A stretch of 63,998 nt of DNA, filler included, from an uncultured bacterium (lineage in GTDB: Bacteria > CAZSTA01): NCBI GenBank assembly GCA_964609495.1. It is 5 parts of 5 records of this genome, joined end to end, with 100 filler letters (N's around TTAATTAATTAA, not from the genome) between each part and the next. Parts side by side here need not be neighbours in the genome. Positions count along the whole stretch, not along the records: positions 1 to 15,039 come from CAZSTA010000080.1; 4 more parts are not named here. One strand, 5' to 3'. Below are positions 1 to 8,172 of the stretch, in pieces (position 1 is the stretch's first letter; each line of letters starts with the position of its first letter). The translations under genes and the position numbers were made by a program. The notes under the pieces are model-generated. The model was given only the letters and a program-made list of their open reading frames with translations, ran no database searches and was not told the origin of the DNA.

Positions 1-1
1 A

Positions 2-142
2 TTGCTGATCGATGTGTTAAGGGTTATGGAGGCTGAGAAATTCGCCTTTGAACTCACAGAACCTCTCAAGCCAGGAGTTATCAAAATCTTTGATGATGAA
101 AGTTATACCTGTGTAGTTATGCCAGTGAGGATCAGCAGTTAG
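2..142 (+). CDS. dnaN: DNA polymerase III beta clamp, C-terminal fragment (5' truncated by window)
   Basis: Manual translation LLIDVLRVMEAEKFAFELTEPLKPGVIKIFDDESYTCVVMPVRISS* matches the beta-clamp C-terminus (…Y.xVxMPxR). Confidence 0.85.
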   Translation: MLIDVLRVMEAEKFAFELTEPLKPGVIKIFDDESYTCVVMPVRISS

Positions 143-162
143 CTAGGTTTAGTTGATAATAG

Positions 163-193
163 AAAGGCAGATCTCGATCTGAGATCTGCCTTT
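163..193. terminator. Bidirectional intrinsic terminator between dnaN and lysS
   Basis: Perfect 13-bp stem AAAGGCAGATCTC-gatct-GAGATCTGCCTTT between convergent genes. Confidence 0.85.
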
Positions 194-216
194 AATTTCT
201 TTATCAGCTATTTCTC

Positions 217-1734
217 TCAATCCTCTTCCGAAATTTTCGGTGAATCTTCATCGCTTTCTGGCTTCATATGAGGAAATAGGATCACATCCCTTATCGATCT
301 CGAATTGGTGAAGAGCATAATTATCCTATCTATCCCCATTCCCAAACCGCCGGTGGGAGGCATTCCATACTCTAGCGCTCTGATGAAGTCTGCATCCATC
401 CTATGAGCTTCAACATCCCCAGTCTCCCGCTTCTTAACTTGTTCCCTGAAGCGTCTCTCTTGCTCTATCGGATCGTTTAACTCGGAAAAGGCATTACCTA
501 TCTCGAATTTGGCGATAAATGGTTCGAAACGTTGCACCAGGTTCGGATCGTCTTCCTTCTGCTTGGATAAGGGGGATAAGCCAGTAGGATAGTCGGTGAT
601 GAAGATGGGTTGAATTAGGTTGGGTTCAACTGTATGTTTAAATATATCATCCATAATCTTGTATATATCAAGATCGGGATCAACTTCGACTTGAAGCTTT
701 TTAGCTACCTCTAGCATCTCAGATTTATCTTTTATCTTAGAAATGTCTATCCCAGCATACTTTTCAACAGCCTCATAATAACTTAATCTCTCCCAGGGGG
801 CCGCAAGATCGATCTTCATTCCGAGATATTCGATAGAGGTGTCGCCTAAGATCTTTTCTGCCAAATGAGGAATCATAGTCTCGAATATCTCCATCATACT
901 CTCATAATTGCCATAAGCCTCATATAATTCGAGCATAGTAAATTCTGGATTATGACGCGTGGATATCCCCTCATTACGAAAGTTGCGATTTATTTCATAA
1001 ACCTTCTCGAAGCCACCTATGATCAGCCTCTTTAGGTATAATTCTGGGGCTACGCGTAGATATAGATCTATCCCCAGGGCGTTATGATGGGTTATAAAGG
1101 GACGAGCGGTAGCTCCTCCAGGGATTGGCTGCATCATAGGAGTCTCCACCTCTATAAATCCTCTAGCGTCAAGGAAGTCACGCATTCCCTTTATAATCTT
1201 ACTCCTAGTTAGGAAGGCTTCTCTTACGTTATCGTTTATGATCAGATCGACATAGCGGTGGCGATATCTTATCTCTGTATCCTTCAGTCCATGCCACTTC
1301 TCAGGAAGGGGACGTAAGGATTTGGTTAGGAGAACAAAGTCATTAATCCAAATGGTAACCTCACCCGCTCTTGTTTTGAAGAGCGTTCCTTCTACCCCTA
1401 TCCAGTCCCCGATATCAAGAGCTTTAAACAGCTCATATTTATCCTCACCAGCGGTGTTCACATTAGCATAGATCTGTATCTTTCCTGATATATCTTTTAT
1501 ATCGGCGAAACAGGCTTTACCATGACGGCGGATAGCCATAATGCGTCCAGCTACTTTCGCCTTTCGCCCTTCAACCTTCTCCCCCTTCTCGAGATAGGAG
1601 AACTCCTCCACCAGGTCCTTCGCAACATTGGTGCGATCGAACTTATCTCCAAAGGGAGCTATTCCCCTCTCTCGTAATTCCTGTAGCTTTTGCAATCTAA
1701 CTTGTCTTTCATCTAAATCCTTCCTAATCCCCAT
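217..1734 (-). CDS. lysS: Lysine--tRNA ligase (class II)
   Basis: OB fold; LPEKWHGL, FRNEG, HNPEFTMLE and YGMPPTGGLGMGIDR motifs. Confidence 0.98.
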   Translation of the reverse strand: MGIRKDLDERQVRLQKLQELRERGIAPFGDKFDRTNVAKDLVEEFSYLEKGEKVEGRKAKVAGRIMAIRRHGKACFADIKDISGKIQIYANVNTAGEDKYELFKALDIGDWIGVEGTLFKTRAGEVTIWINDFVLLTKSLRPLPEKWHGLKDTEIRYRHRYVDLIINDNVREAFLTRSKIIKGMRDFLDARGFIEVETPMMQPIPGGATARPFITHHNALGIDLYLRVAPELYLKRLIIGGFEKVYEINRNFRNEGISTRHNPEFTMLELYEAYGNYESMMEIFETMIPHLAEKILGDTSIEYLGMKIDLAAPWERLSYYEAVEKYAGIDISKIKDKSEMLEVAKKLQVEVDPDLDIYKIMDDIFKHTVEPNLIQPIFITDYPTGLSPLSKQKEDDPNLVQRFEPFIAKFEIGNAFSELNDPIEQERRFREQVKKRETGDVEAHRMDADFIRALEYGMPPTGGLGMGIDRIIMLFTNSRSIRDVILFPHMKPESDEDSPKISEED

Positions 1735-1764
1735 CTAAACCCCCTTTCCTGAAAGCAGAATACA

Positions 1765-2241
1765 TCAATATTCTATATCCACTATTTTATATCTTATAGT
1801 CCCATCCGGAACTTGAACTTCAATTGTATCTCCCTTTTTCTTATTCATAATGGCTTGTCCTACAGGAGATTCGTGGGATAACTTATTTTCCAAGGGATTA
1901 GCCTCTACTGGGCTTACAATTAGGTAGTGAGATTCAGATTCTCGCTCCATATCTCTTAGGACAACTCGAGAGCCAATGCCGATTGTTTCTCTATGGATAG
2001 TCTTGGGATCTATAATCTTAGCATCTTGCAATTTCTGCTCAAGGAATTTTATCCTATCCTCGATATAGGCTTGCCCCTTCTTAGCGCTGTCAAATTCGGG
2101 ATCATCGGTGATATCACCGATCTCCAGAGCCTTTTTTACCCTAATCGCAGCATTAACTCTCTCCACTGTCTTTAGATGCTCCAACTCCTTTCGTAGTTCT
2201 TCATATCCCTCAGGAGTTAAATAAACCTCCTCTGTATTCAT
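1765..2241 (-). CDS. greA: GreA/GreB-family transcription elongation factor
   Basis: LTPEGYEEL coiled coil, SHESPVGQA C-terminal motif, upstream of lysS; the tip motif is atypical (GDITDDPEF). Confidence 0.9.
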   Translation of the reverse strand: MNTEEVYLTPEGYEELRKELEHLKTVERVNAAIRVKKALEIGDITDDPEFDSAKKGQAYIEDRIKFLEQKLQDAKIIDPKTIHRETIGIGSRVVLRDMERESESHYLIVSPVEANPLENKLSHESPVGQAIMNKKKGDTIEVQVPDGTIRYKIVDIEY

Positions 2242-2289
2242 GTAGTATCACTCCTTTTCCTCATCAGCTCTCTTCCTAGATCCGTAATT

Positions 2290-2424
2290 AATTAGAAAAA
2301 ACACCGCAACATTATAAAAAAAGAGACTCCTACCATATAGAGTCAAATAACCTGTCTTACCTTCTTGCGGTGTTTTTAAGACAGATATTATCTAAGTTCG
2401 AATCTATAAAAGACTCTTATCCAT
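2290..2424 (-). promoter_or_regulatory. Structured greA-lysS 5' leader with terminator-like hairpin (putative attenuator)
   Basis: Minus strand has the hairpin CTGTCTTA…TAAGACAG, GACTC…GAGTC followed by a U-run, and the long-range pair AAAAACACCGCAA/TTGCGGTGTTTTT followed by U. Confidence 0.55.
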
Positions 2425-2429
2425 CATCA

Positions 2430-2458
2430 ATTATACACTATTTAAACATATTTGTCAA
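2430..2458 (-). promoter_or_regulatory. Sigma70-type promoter for greA-lysS
   Basis: TTGACA-17-TATAAT on the minus strand. Confidence 0.85.
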
Positions 2459-2611
2459 GATACTAGAAGGAAAAACTTGGGATTTTGATATAAGAAAGAT
2501 ATTAAGTAGCTCCAAATAGATTAAATTATTATTCTCATATATTCCTCTGATCGCTAAAAATGGGCTCTCCAGCATATTTTTAAAATTTTCGAAAAAAAGT
2601 TTAAAAAGGTA

Positions 2612-2640
2612 TTGACTTTTTTTGCTAAAGGGTGTATAAT
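2612..2640 (+). promoter_or_regulatory. Sigma70-type promoter upstream of the structured RNA and ABC operon
   Basis: TTGACT-17-TATAAT with AT-rich UP region. Confidence 0.8.
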
Positions 2641-2646
2641 CTAATG

Positions 2647-3031
2647 CGCCAATAAATTAGAGAAATTAGGCGATATATTAAACGGAAAGGGAGAAGCTAA
2701 GAGAGTAATGGATAGGGATATATTTGCACCTCGTAAAGGGGTAGGGTATTCTCCAAGACATAGGGGGGATTCCGCGCTCTTTGTTAAGAGTATCCATCTG
2801 CTCTATTATCAATCTCAGGCTCTCTTGGTGTCTCAAATTCCGTTCCTTGACAGTATAGATTTCGTTTCCCAGATGGGGAATAACTGTCTCTGCCACCCGT
2901 CGTTGGTCGAAAGTCCAGGTTGATTTTCCGCCATGGGCGGTTGAGACGATCGTCCATGGCTTGTATGTGAATTTAATATATATTAAGATTAGCCATGAGT
3001 CGGTCAAGTCTGACTTATGGCTAATTTTTTT
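2647..3031 (+). ncRNA. Unassigned multi-domain structured RNA or long leader
   Basis: Nested helices (2673-2682/2972-2981, 2681-2687/2838-2844, 2696-2705/2820-2829, 2708-2714/2791-2797, 2849-2854/2883-2888, 2898-2901/2945-2948) plus several hairpins, bounded by a promoter and a terminator. Confidence 0.6.
2988..3031 (+). terminator. Intrinsic terminator upstream of the ABC ATPase gene
   Basis: ATTAGCCATGAGTC-loop-GACTTATGGCTAAT followed by a T-run. Confidence 0.85.
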
Positions 3032-3059
3032 GTGTTATGGTTATAAGTGGAGGTGAATT

Positions 3060-3965
3060 ATGAAAATCGAACTAATCGAGGGTGAGAGGAATACAAAATC
3101 TGAGGAGGTAGTTTGTATGTCTGAAAAAGCCCTGATTTGCGATAATGTTTGCAAGTATTTCGTCGAGAAGAGGCAAGATGACAAAAGGAGCTTTAGGGAA
3201 AAGCTTGGACAAATCTTTCGTAGCGAAAAGAAAAAGGTAAAGGCTGTTCACAAGATCAATTTTCAGATGGGAAAAGGAGAGGTGTTTGGCATCATTGGAC
3301 CGAATGGATCGGGAAAATCCACCTTAGTCCGTTTGATCTCTACCCTTCTAATTCTTGATGAGGGAGAAATAAAGATCTTTGGGCTTGATGTGGAGAAGGA
3401 TCGTTTCGAGGTTAGAAAGATGATAAATAGAGTATCGGTTGATGCCGCCTTCTTCAAGAAGTTATCTCCCCTCGAGAATCTGCGTTATGCGGCTCGCCTC
3501 TACGGAGTTCCAGTTAAGGAGGCTCAACAGAGAGCTATGGATATACTGGTTCGCCTGGGGCTTGAGGAAAAGCGTCTGAATATCTCTCTGGAGGGAATGT
3601 CCAGAGGGATGCAGCAAAAGGTAGCTATCGCTAGAGCTTTGCTCACCTCCCCGATCTTGTTGCTTCTCGATGAGCCAACCACCGGGCTCGATCCTAAGTC
3701 CAAGCGCTCTGTGCAGGGGTTCATCACTGAGATAAGAGATACCCATAATGCTACGGTCTTGCTGACAACTCACGATATGAATGAGGCGGAGCGTCTATGT
3801 GACCGAATCGCTATCTTGGATCGAGGAAGGTTCATAGCTATGGGAACTTTAGATGAGCTTAGGGCTAAAGCTAGCGAAGATGGAAATGACCATAGCGATA
3901 TGAGCTTGGAGGATATATTCTTCGAATTAACTGGCAAGGGATGGGAAGGGGATGAGGAAGAGTGA
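3060..3965 (+). CDS. ABC-2 exporter ATP-binding protein (alternative in-frame start at 3117)
   Basis: Walker A GPNGSGKS, signature MSRGMQQ, Walker B LLLLDEPT. Confidence 0.95.
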   Translation: MKIELIEGERNTKSEEVVCMSEKALICDNVCKYFVEKRQDDKRSFREKLGQIFRSEKKKVKAVHKINFQMGKGEVFGIIGPNGSGKSTLVRLISTLLILDEGEIKIFGLDVEKDRFEVRKMINRVSVDAAFFKKLSPLENLRYAARLYGVPVKEAQQRAMDILVRLGLEEKRLNISLEGMSRGMQQKVAIARALLTSPILLLLDEPTTGLDPKSKRSVQGFITEIRDTHNATVLLTTHDMNEAERLCDRIAILDRGRFIAMGTLDELRAKASEDGNDHSDMSLEDIFFELTGKGWEGDEEE

Positions 3966-4762
3966 TAAATAACGCTACTCGAGAATTAAAAGCCACCTAC
4001 GCCTTCGTGGAAAGAAATTTCACTTTGGTAAAGAGGTATCTTGGTTGGGATATCGTATTTATGTTCTATACGGTGATCAACACCTTGACCATCGGGTTGA
4101 TCGGAGCGAGTCAAGGAAAAGATGCAGTGCTCTTCCTGGTGGTGGGAGCTATGCTTTGGGGTTTCCTCTCGTTCCTCTTCCACGAGGTCAGCGAATCAGT
4201 GTCTTGGGAGCGATGGGAGGGAACGATCGAATACACCTTTATGGCGCCCATCCATCGCTTCACTCACTTAGGAGGAATGTGCATCTACGCGATAATCTAT
4301 GGGATCATTCGCTCCATAATCCTTATGATTGCGATAACTATCTTCTTTGATCTCAGCTTAGAAAATGCTAATTTGTGGGGAGCTTTAATTGTCCTTGTGA
4401 TCTCCAGTCTCTCCTTTATTGGGATGGGATTGATGGCAGCGGTTCTACCGCTGATGTCCCCAGAGAGAGGATCGCAAGCTACTCATATCTTCCAAGCATT
4501 AGTTCTCTTAGTATCAGGGGTATATTATGATATTAAATATCTACCGACTTGGCTTCAGCCTTTCTCCTACATCTCCCCAGCGACCTACACTCTAAGAGCG
4601 ATTCGGAAGGCTCTACTTCAAGGAGCACCATTGAATACCTTAACTTCGGATATCGCTATCTTGCTGATGATAGGTATCGTTCTGATTCCTCTGGGGCTTG
4701 TGGTCTTCAATTGGGGGGAGAGATATGCAATGAAGGTCGGCAAGCTAAAGAGAAGTGGATGA
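3962..4762 (+). CDS. ABC-2 type permease
   Basis: About 6 hydrophobic segments, WERWEGTIEY motif, follows the ATPase. Confidence 0.92.
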   Translation: MINNATRELKATYAFVERNFTLVKRYLGWDIVFMFYTVINTLTIGLIGASQGKDAVLFLVVGAMLWGFLSFLFHEVSESVSWERWEGTIEYTFMAPIHRFTHLGGMCIYAIIYGIIRSIILMIAITIFFDLSLENANLWGALIVLVISSLSFIGMGLMAAVLPLMSPERGSQATHIFQALVLLVSGVYYDIKYLPTWLQPFSYISPATYTLRAIRKALLQGAPLNTLTSDIAILLMIGIVLIPLGLVVFNWGERYAMKVGKLKRSG

Positions 4763-5576
4763 GGAGGTGGTAGCAGCGATGTTAGATTCGTTTCGAGAGT
4801 TAAAATCCACTTATGCCTTTGTCGAGAGAAACTTTGCCCTTGTCCGCAGATATTTCTGGTGGGAGATGGTTTTCCTCGTCTATTCGATGGTCAATATCTT
4901 AACTATAGGTCTGATCGGAGTTAGCCAAGGAGGGGAGAAGGTCCTCTTCCTAATCGTAGGAGCGCTATCGTGGGGCTTTTTCTCCGTTCTCTCCTTCGAG
5001 GTTGCTGGATCGGTAGCGTGGGAACGCTGGGAGGGAACGATCGAATACACCTTTATGGCGCCTATTCACCGGACCACTTATCTACTGGGGATGTGCTTCT
5101 TCGCTATAACTTATGGTCTCCTTCGCGTAGTGGTTATGATGATTCCAGTGAGCATTTTCTTCAATTTAAATTTAGGCAATGCTAATCTAGGGGCCGCATT
5201 CGTTATTATGGTTCTCTCCAGTCTCTCCTTCATCGGGATAGGATTGATGGCGGCGGTTCTACCTCTGATGTCTCCGGAGAGGGGTGAGCAGGCAACCGAG
5301 GTCTTTCATGCTGTTATCTTTCTCATCTCAGGGGTATATTACGATATTAGCTATCTTCCTAAGTGGCTACAACCTCTTTCTCATATCTCCCCAGCAACTT
5401 ACAGTTTACGGGCGATGAGGAAAGCATTATTAGAGAATGCTCCCTTGAGTTCTCTCACTACCGAGGTGTGGATACTTCTGTTAACAGGTCTCATCTTGAT
5501 CCCTTTGGGATTCGTGATCTTCAGTTGGGGAGAGAGATACGCGATGAAGGTAGGAAAGTTGAAGAGAAGCGGATAG
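4755..5576 (+). CDS. ABC-2 type permease (tandem paralog; likely start 4779)
   Basis: Highly similar to the preceding permease, with identical C-terminus WGERYAMKVGKLKRSG. Confidence 0.92.
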   Translation: MDEEVVAAMLDSFRELKSTYAFVERNFALVRRYFWWEMVFLVYSMVNILTIGLIGVSQGGEKVLFLIVGALSWGFFSVLSFEVAGSVAWERWEGTIEYTFMAPIHRTTYLLGMCFFAITYGLLRVVVMMIPVSIFFNLNLGNANLGAAFVIMVLSSLSFIGIGLMAAVLPLMSPERGEQATEVFHAVIFLISGVYYDISYLPKWLQPLSHISPATYSLRAMRKALLENAPLSSLTTEVWILLLTGLILIPLGFVIFSWGERYAMKVGKLKRSG

Positions 5577-5706
5577 ACTTCTTATAGACTTACCTTTAGT
5601 GACGCATTAAATAAGGAAAGGAATATGTGCTACTTGAGATTTACATAATAATGGATTTTGAATAAAACAAGGTATTTTAACGCAAATAAAAGAGGAGTTG
5701 TAAATA

Positions 5707-6441
5707 ATGAATGAAATAGGAAAAGTATTTATGGAAAGGACAAAACACCAGTATCTGGGTATGTCAGATCAGATGAAAGGCTTGGAACAGCCACCTTTAG
5801 AGTTGGGATATGATAAGACAAAGAGAGTTATTGATTTGCCAGATCCTAAAGAGATTAGATTAGGTGATATTAGCTTGAGGGAAGCTATCGAGAAACGGAG
5901 AAGTATACGCGAACACTCACAGAGACCTTTAACTATAGAGGAATTATCATATTTGCTCTGGTGCACACAGGGTGTAAAGGAAGTTATTCCCCATCGTGCG
6001 ACATTTAGAACTGTTCCGTCTGCCGGTGCTCGACATTCCTTTGAAACCGATCTCTTGGTTAATAACGTTGAGGAGTTACAAAGTGGTGTTTATAGATTTT
6101 TAGCTATTGAACATAAACTTATTGAAGTAAACATAGATCCTGATATAGCTGACAAGATAACTAGAGCTTGTTTTGGGCAGGGATTTGTGAGAACAAGTGC
6201 TGTAACTTTTATCTGGGTGGCGGTAGCGCATAGAATGAATTGGCGCTATGGAGAGAGAGGATATAGATATATGCACTTGGACGCAGGACACGTTTGTCAA
6301 AATCTATATCTGAGTGCGGAGGAGATCGATAGCGGGGTTTGTGCTATTGCCGCTTTCTCGGATGACGATATGAACCGATTACTCGATCTTGATGGAGAGA
6401 ATCAGTTTGTAATATATATTGCAACCGTGGGTAAGAAGTGA
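5707..6441 (+). CDS. SagB/ThcOx-family nitroreductase-like dehydrogenase
   Basis: RRSIR, RTVPSAGA, YGERGYRY, LDAGH motifs. Confidence 0.9.
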   Translation: MNEIGKVFMERTKHQYLGMSDQMKGLEQPPLELGYDKTKRVIDLPDPKEIRLGDISLREAIEKRRSIREHSQRPLTIEELSYLLWCTQGVKEVIPHRATFRTVPSAGARHSFETDLLVNNVEELQSGVYRFLAIEHKLIEVNIDPDIADKITRACFGQGFVRTSAVTFIWVAVAHRMNWRYGERGYRYMHLDAGHVCQNLYLSAEEIDSGVCAIAAFSDDDMNRLLDLDGENQFVIYIATVGKK

Positions 6442-6515
6442 AAGAGCCCAACATTCGTATAACTACGGAGTATTAACATCGAACAAAGATTTTTATGCGC
6501 CACTTGAGTGTTAAA

Positions 6516-6556
6516 TAAAAAGAACCGTCGTTTCCTTTGAGGAAAGCGGCGGTTTC
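6516..6556. terminator. Terminator hairpin between convergent genes
   Basis: AACCGTCGTTTCCT-ttg-AGGAAAGCGGCGGTT with an A-run on the left. Confidence 0.7.
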
Positions 6557-6615
6557 ATAGATTAGGAGATACTAAGGAGAAGCTTCTTGAGAAGGGATAA
6601 CAAGTTTAATTGAGA

Positions 6616-6843
6616 TCAGTTAGGAAAGAGAGAACACTTATTCTCTCGATTAGCTTTGGCTATCTTCCATCCCAACTGAATCATAACCTTTCCTAAAGCA
6701 AAGCGTATCCTCGATAATACTTCCGCTAGGTTTGAAGGTGCATTTATTTCCTTTAATATCCTTTCCTCATCAGCCTCACGTAAAAGTTGCTGATATCTAT
6801 CCTTTCCACCTTGTTCAACTAAGTAATAATCGTTAGGATTCAT
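6616..6843 (-). CDS. Small hypothetical protein
   Basis: 75 aa with good RBS (AGGAGG), own extended -10 promoter and terminator. Confidence 0.7.
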   Translation of the reverse strand: MNPNDYYLVEQGGKDRYQQLLREADEERILKEINAPSNLAEVLSRIRFALGKVMIQLGWKIAKANRENKCSLFPN

Positions 6844-6897
6844 ATTCTGATCCTCCTTCTCATCTGATCAAGATGTCGCTTTTGAACTTCCATATAT

Positions 6898-6934
6898 ATT
6901 ATACCACAAGTTACTGACAACATTATGTCAGTAA
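6898..6934 (-). promoter_or_regulatory. Extended -10 (TGGTATAAT) with upstream palindromic operator
   Basis: TTACTGACA-acatta-TGTCAGTAA perfect 9-bp inverted repeat at 6911-6934. Confidence 0.65.
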
Positions 6935-7116
6935 TTTTTTAAAAAATCGAACATTTTTCCGATTTTTATCGGCTTAAATGTCATCGCTTTCAGAAAATTT
7001 AGGTTTTTGTAATGCTCTTTGCAATCAGAATATCTACCTCTAGGAAGCAGAAACTGTTGCTATTTCGTAGTAGATATGATATAATTATCAACAAAAGGTA
7101 AAAAGGGGCGATAAGA

Positions 7117-8172
7117 ATGAGTGAGGATAAGGCGGATAATAATCTAAAGATGAGCTCAGCATTAACTCGTCGAGATTTCCTAAGACTATCGCTTTTGGCA
7201 GGAGCGGTTTTAGCTGTTGATATAAACATAGCTTGTGCCGAAGCGAGCGATAATATAGGTGAGGAAAAGATGACTGAAGTTTTTATGATAAAGACTCAGG
7301 ATAGGGAAAAAGGGACAGCAGAACTTCTGAAGCACTTCGATCTAAGTAGCTTTGCCGGTAAAAGCGTAGCGTTAAAGCCGAACTATAATAGCGCTGATGA
7401 TTTTCCTGCCTCCACCCATATAGATTCTCTGCGTGCTTTTATCAGAGGTCTAAAGGGGGCTGGTGTTGATAAGATAACTCTGCCTGAGCGTAGTGGAATG
7501 GGAGTTACCCGATCAGTTCTGGAGAATCGCGGGGTGATGGCTCTCTCGAAGGAACTTGGCTTCGAGGTAATAGTGTTAGATGAGCTTGGAGAGGAAAGGT
7601 GGATCAAGTTCACTCCTGAGGGATCACATTGGAGGAGAGGTTTCTTATTGGCGAAGCCCTTCCAAGAGGCGGATAAGGTCGTCCAACTCTGTTGCTTGAA
7701 GACTCACCGCTATGGAGGCCATTTCACTATGTCCCTGAAGAATTCTGTAGGAGCGGTGGCTAAATATGATCCCACCGATAGCTATAACTATATGAACGAA
7801 CTGCATAGCTCCCGTTATCAGAGATATATGATAGCCGAGATAAATCAGGCTTATAATCCTGAGATCATAGTTATGGATGGGATAAAGGCGTTTGTCACCG
7901 GTGGGCCAGCGAGCGGTAGGGAGGTCGAGCCGGGGGTTATTATAGCCGGAAATGATCGCGTAGCTGTAGATGCGGTTGGTGTTGCTATTCTTCGCCACTT
8001 CGGTACTACCCCTGAAGTATCAAGGGGAAAGATATTCGAGCAGGAACAGATAGCCAGAGCTGTTGAGTTGGGGATCGGAGTGAAATCCGCTAAAAATATA
8101 AAGCTTGTTACAATTGGAGAAGAAACTCAGGATTTCGCTAAGAGGATAGAGGATGTATTGAAACAAGGATAA
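7117..8172 (+). CDS. DUF362-family protein with twin-arginine signal
   Basis: TRRDFL + hydrophobic segment; VALKPN, LKTH, SLKN, DRVAVDAVG motifs. Confidence 0.85.
   Translation: MSEDKADNNLKMSSALTRRDFLRLSLLAGAVLAVDINIACAEASDNIGEEKMTEVFMIKTQDREKGTAELLKHFDLSSFAGKSVALKPNYNSADDFPASTHIDSLRAFIRGLKGAGVDKITLPERSGMGVTRSVLENRGVMALSKELGFEVIVLDELGEERWIKFTPEGSHWRRGFLLAKPFQEADKVVQLCCLKTHRYGGHFTMSLKNSVGAVAKYDPTDSYNYMNELHSSRYQRYMIAEINQAYNPEIIVMDGIKAFVTGGPASGREVEPGVIIAGNDRVAVDAVGVAILRHFGTTPEVSRGKIFEQEQIARAVELGIGVKSAKNIKLVTIGEETQDFAKRIEDVLKQG

Noticed and set aside
2300-2380. ACCGC motif suggesting a lysS T-box
   Set aside because: No UGGNACC bulge or Stem I specifier features
2905-2920. GAAAGTCC resembling the RNase P CR-I motif
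   Set aside because: It lies near the 3' end of the RNA and the matching AACAGAA…GGCUUA region is absent
2678-3007. ORFs 2678-3007(-) and 2708-2923(+)
   Set aside because: No recognisable motifs or convincing RBS; the region is better explained by RNA structure
5707-6441. SagB-like gene plus ABC exporter as a RiPP cluster
   Set aside because: No YcaO/cyclodehydratase or Cys/Ser-rich precursor; standalone SagB-like nitroreductases are common
6446-6484. GCCCAAC after the nitroreductase stop (attC-like inverse core)
   Set aside because: No matching GTTRRRY palindrome and no integrase
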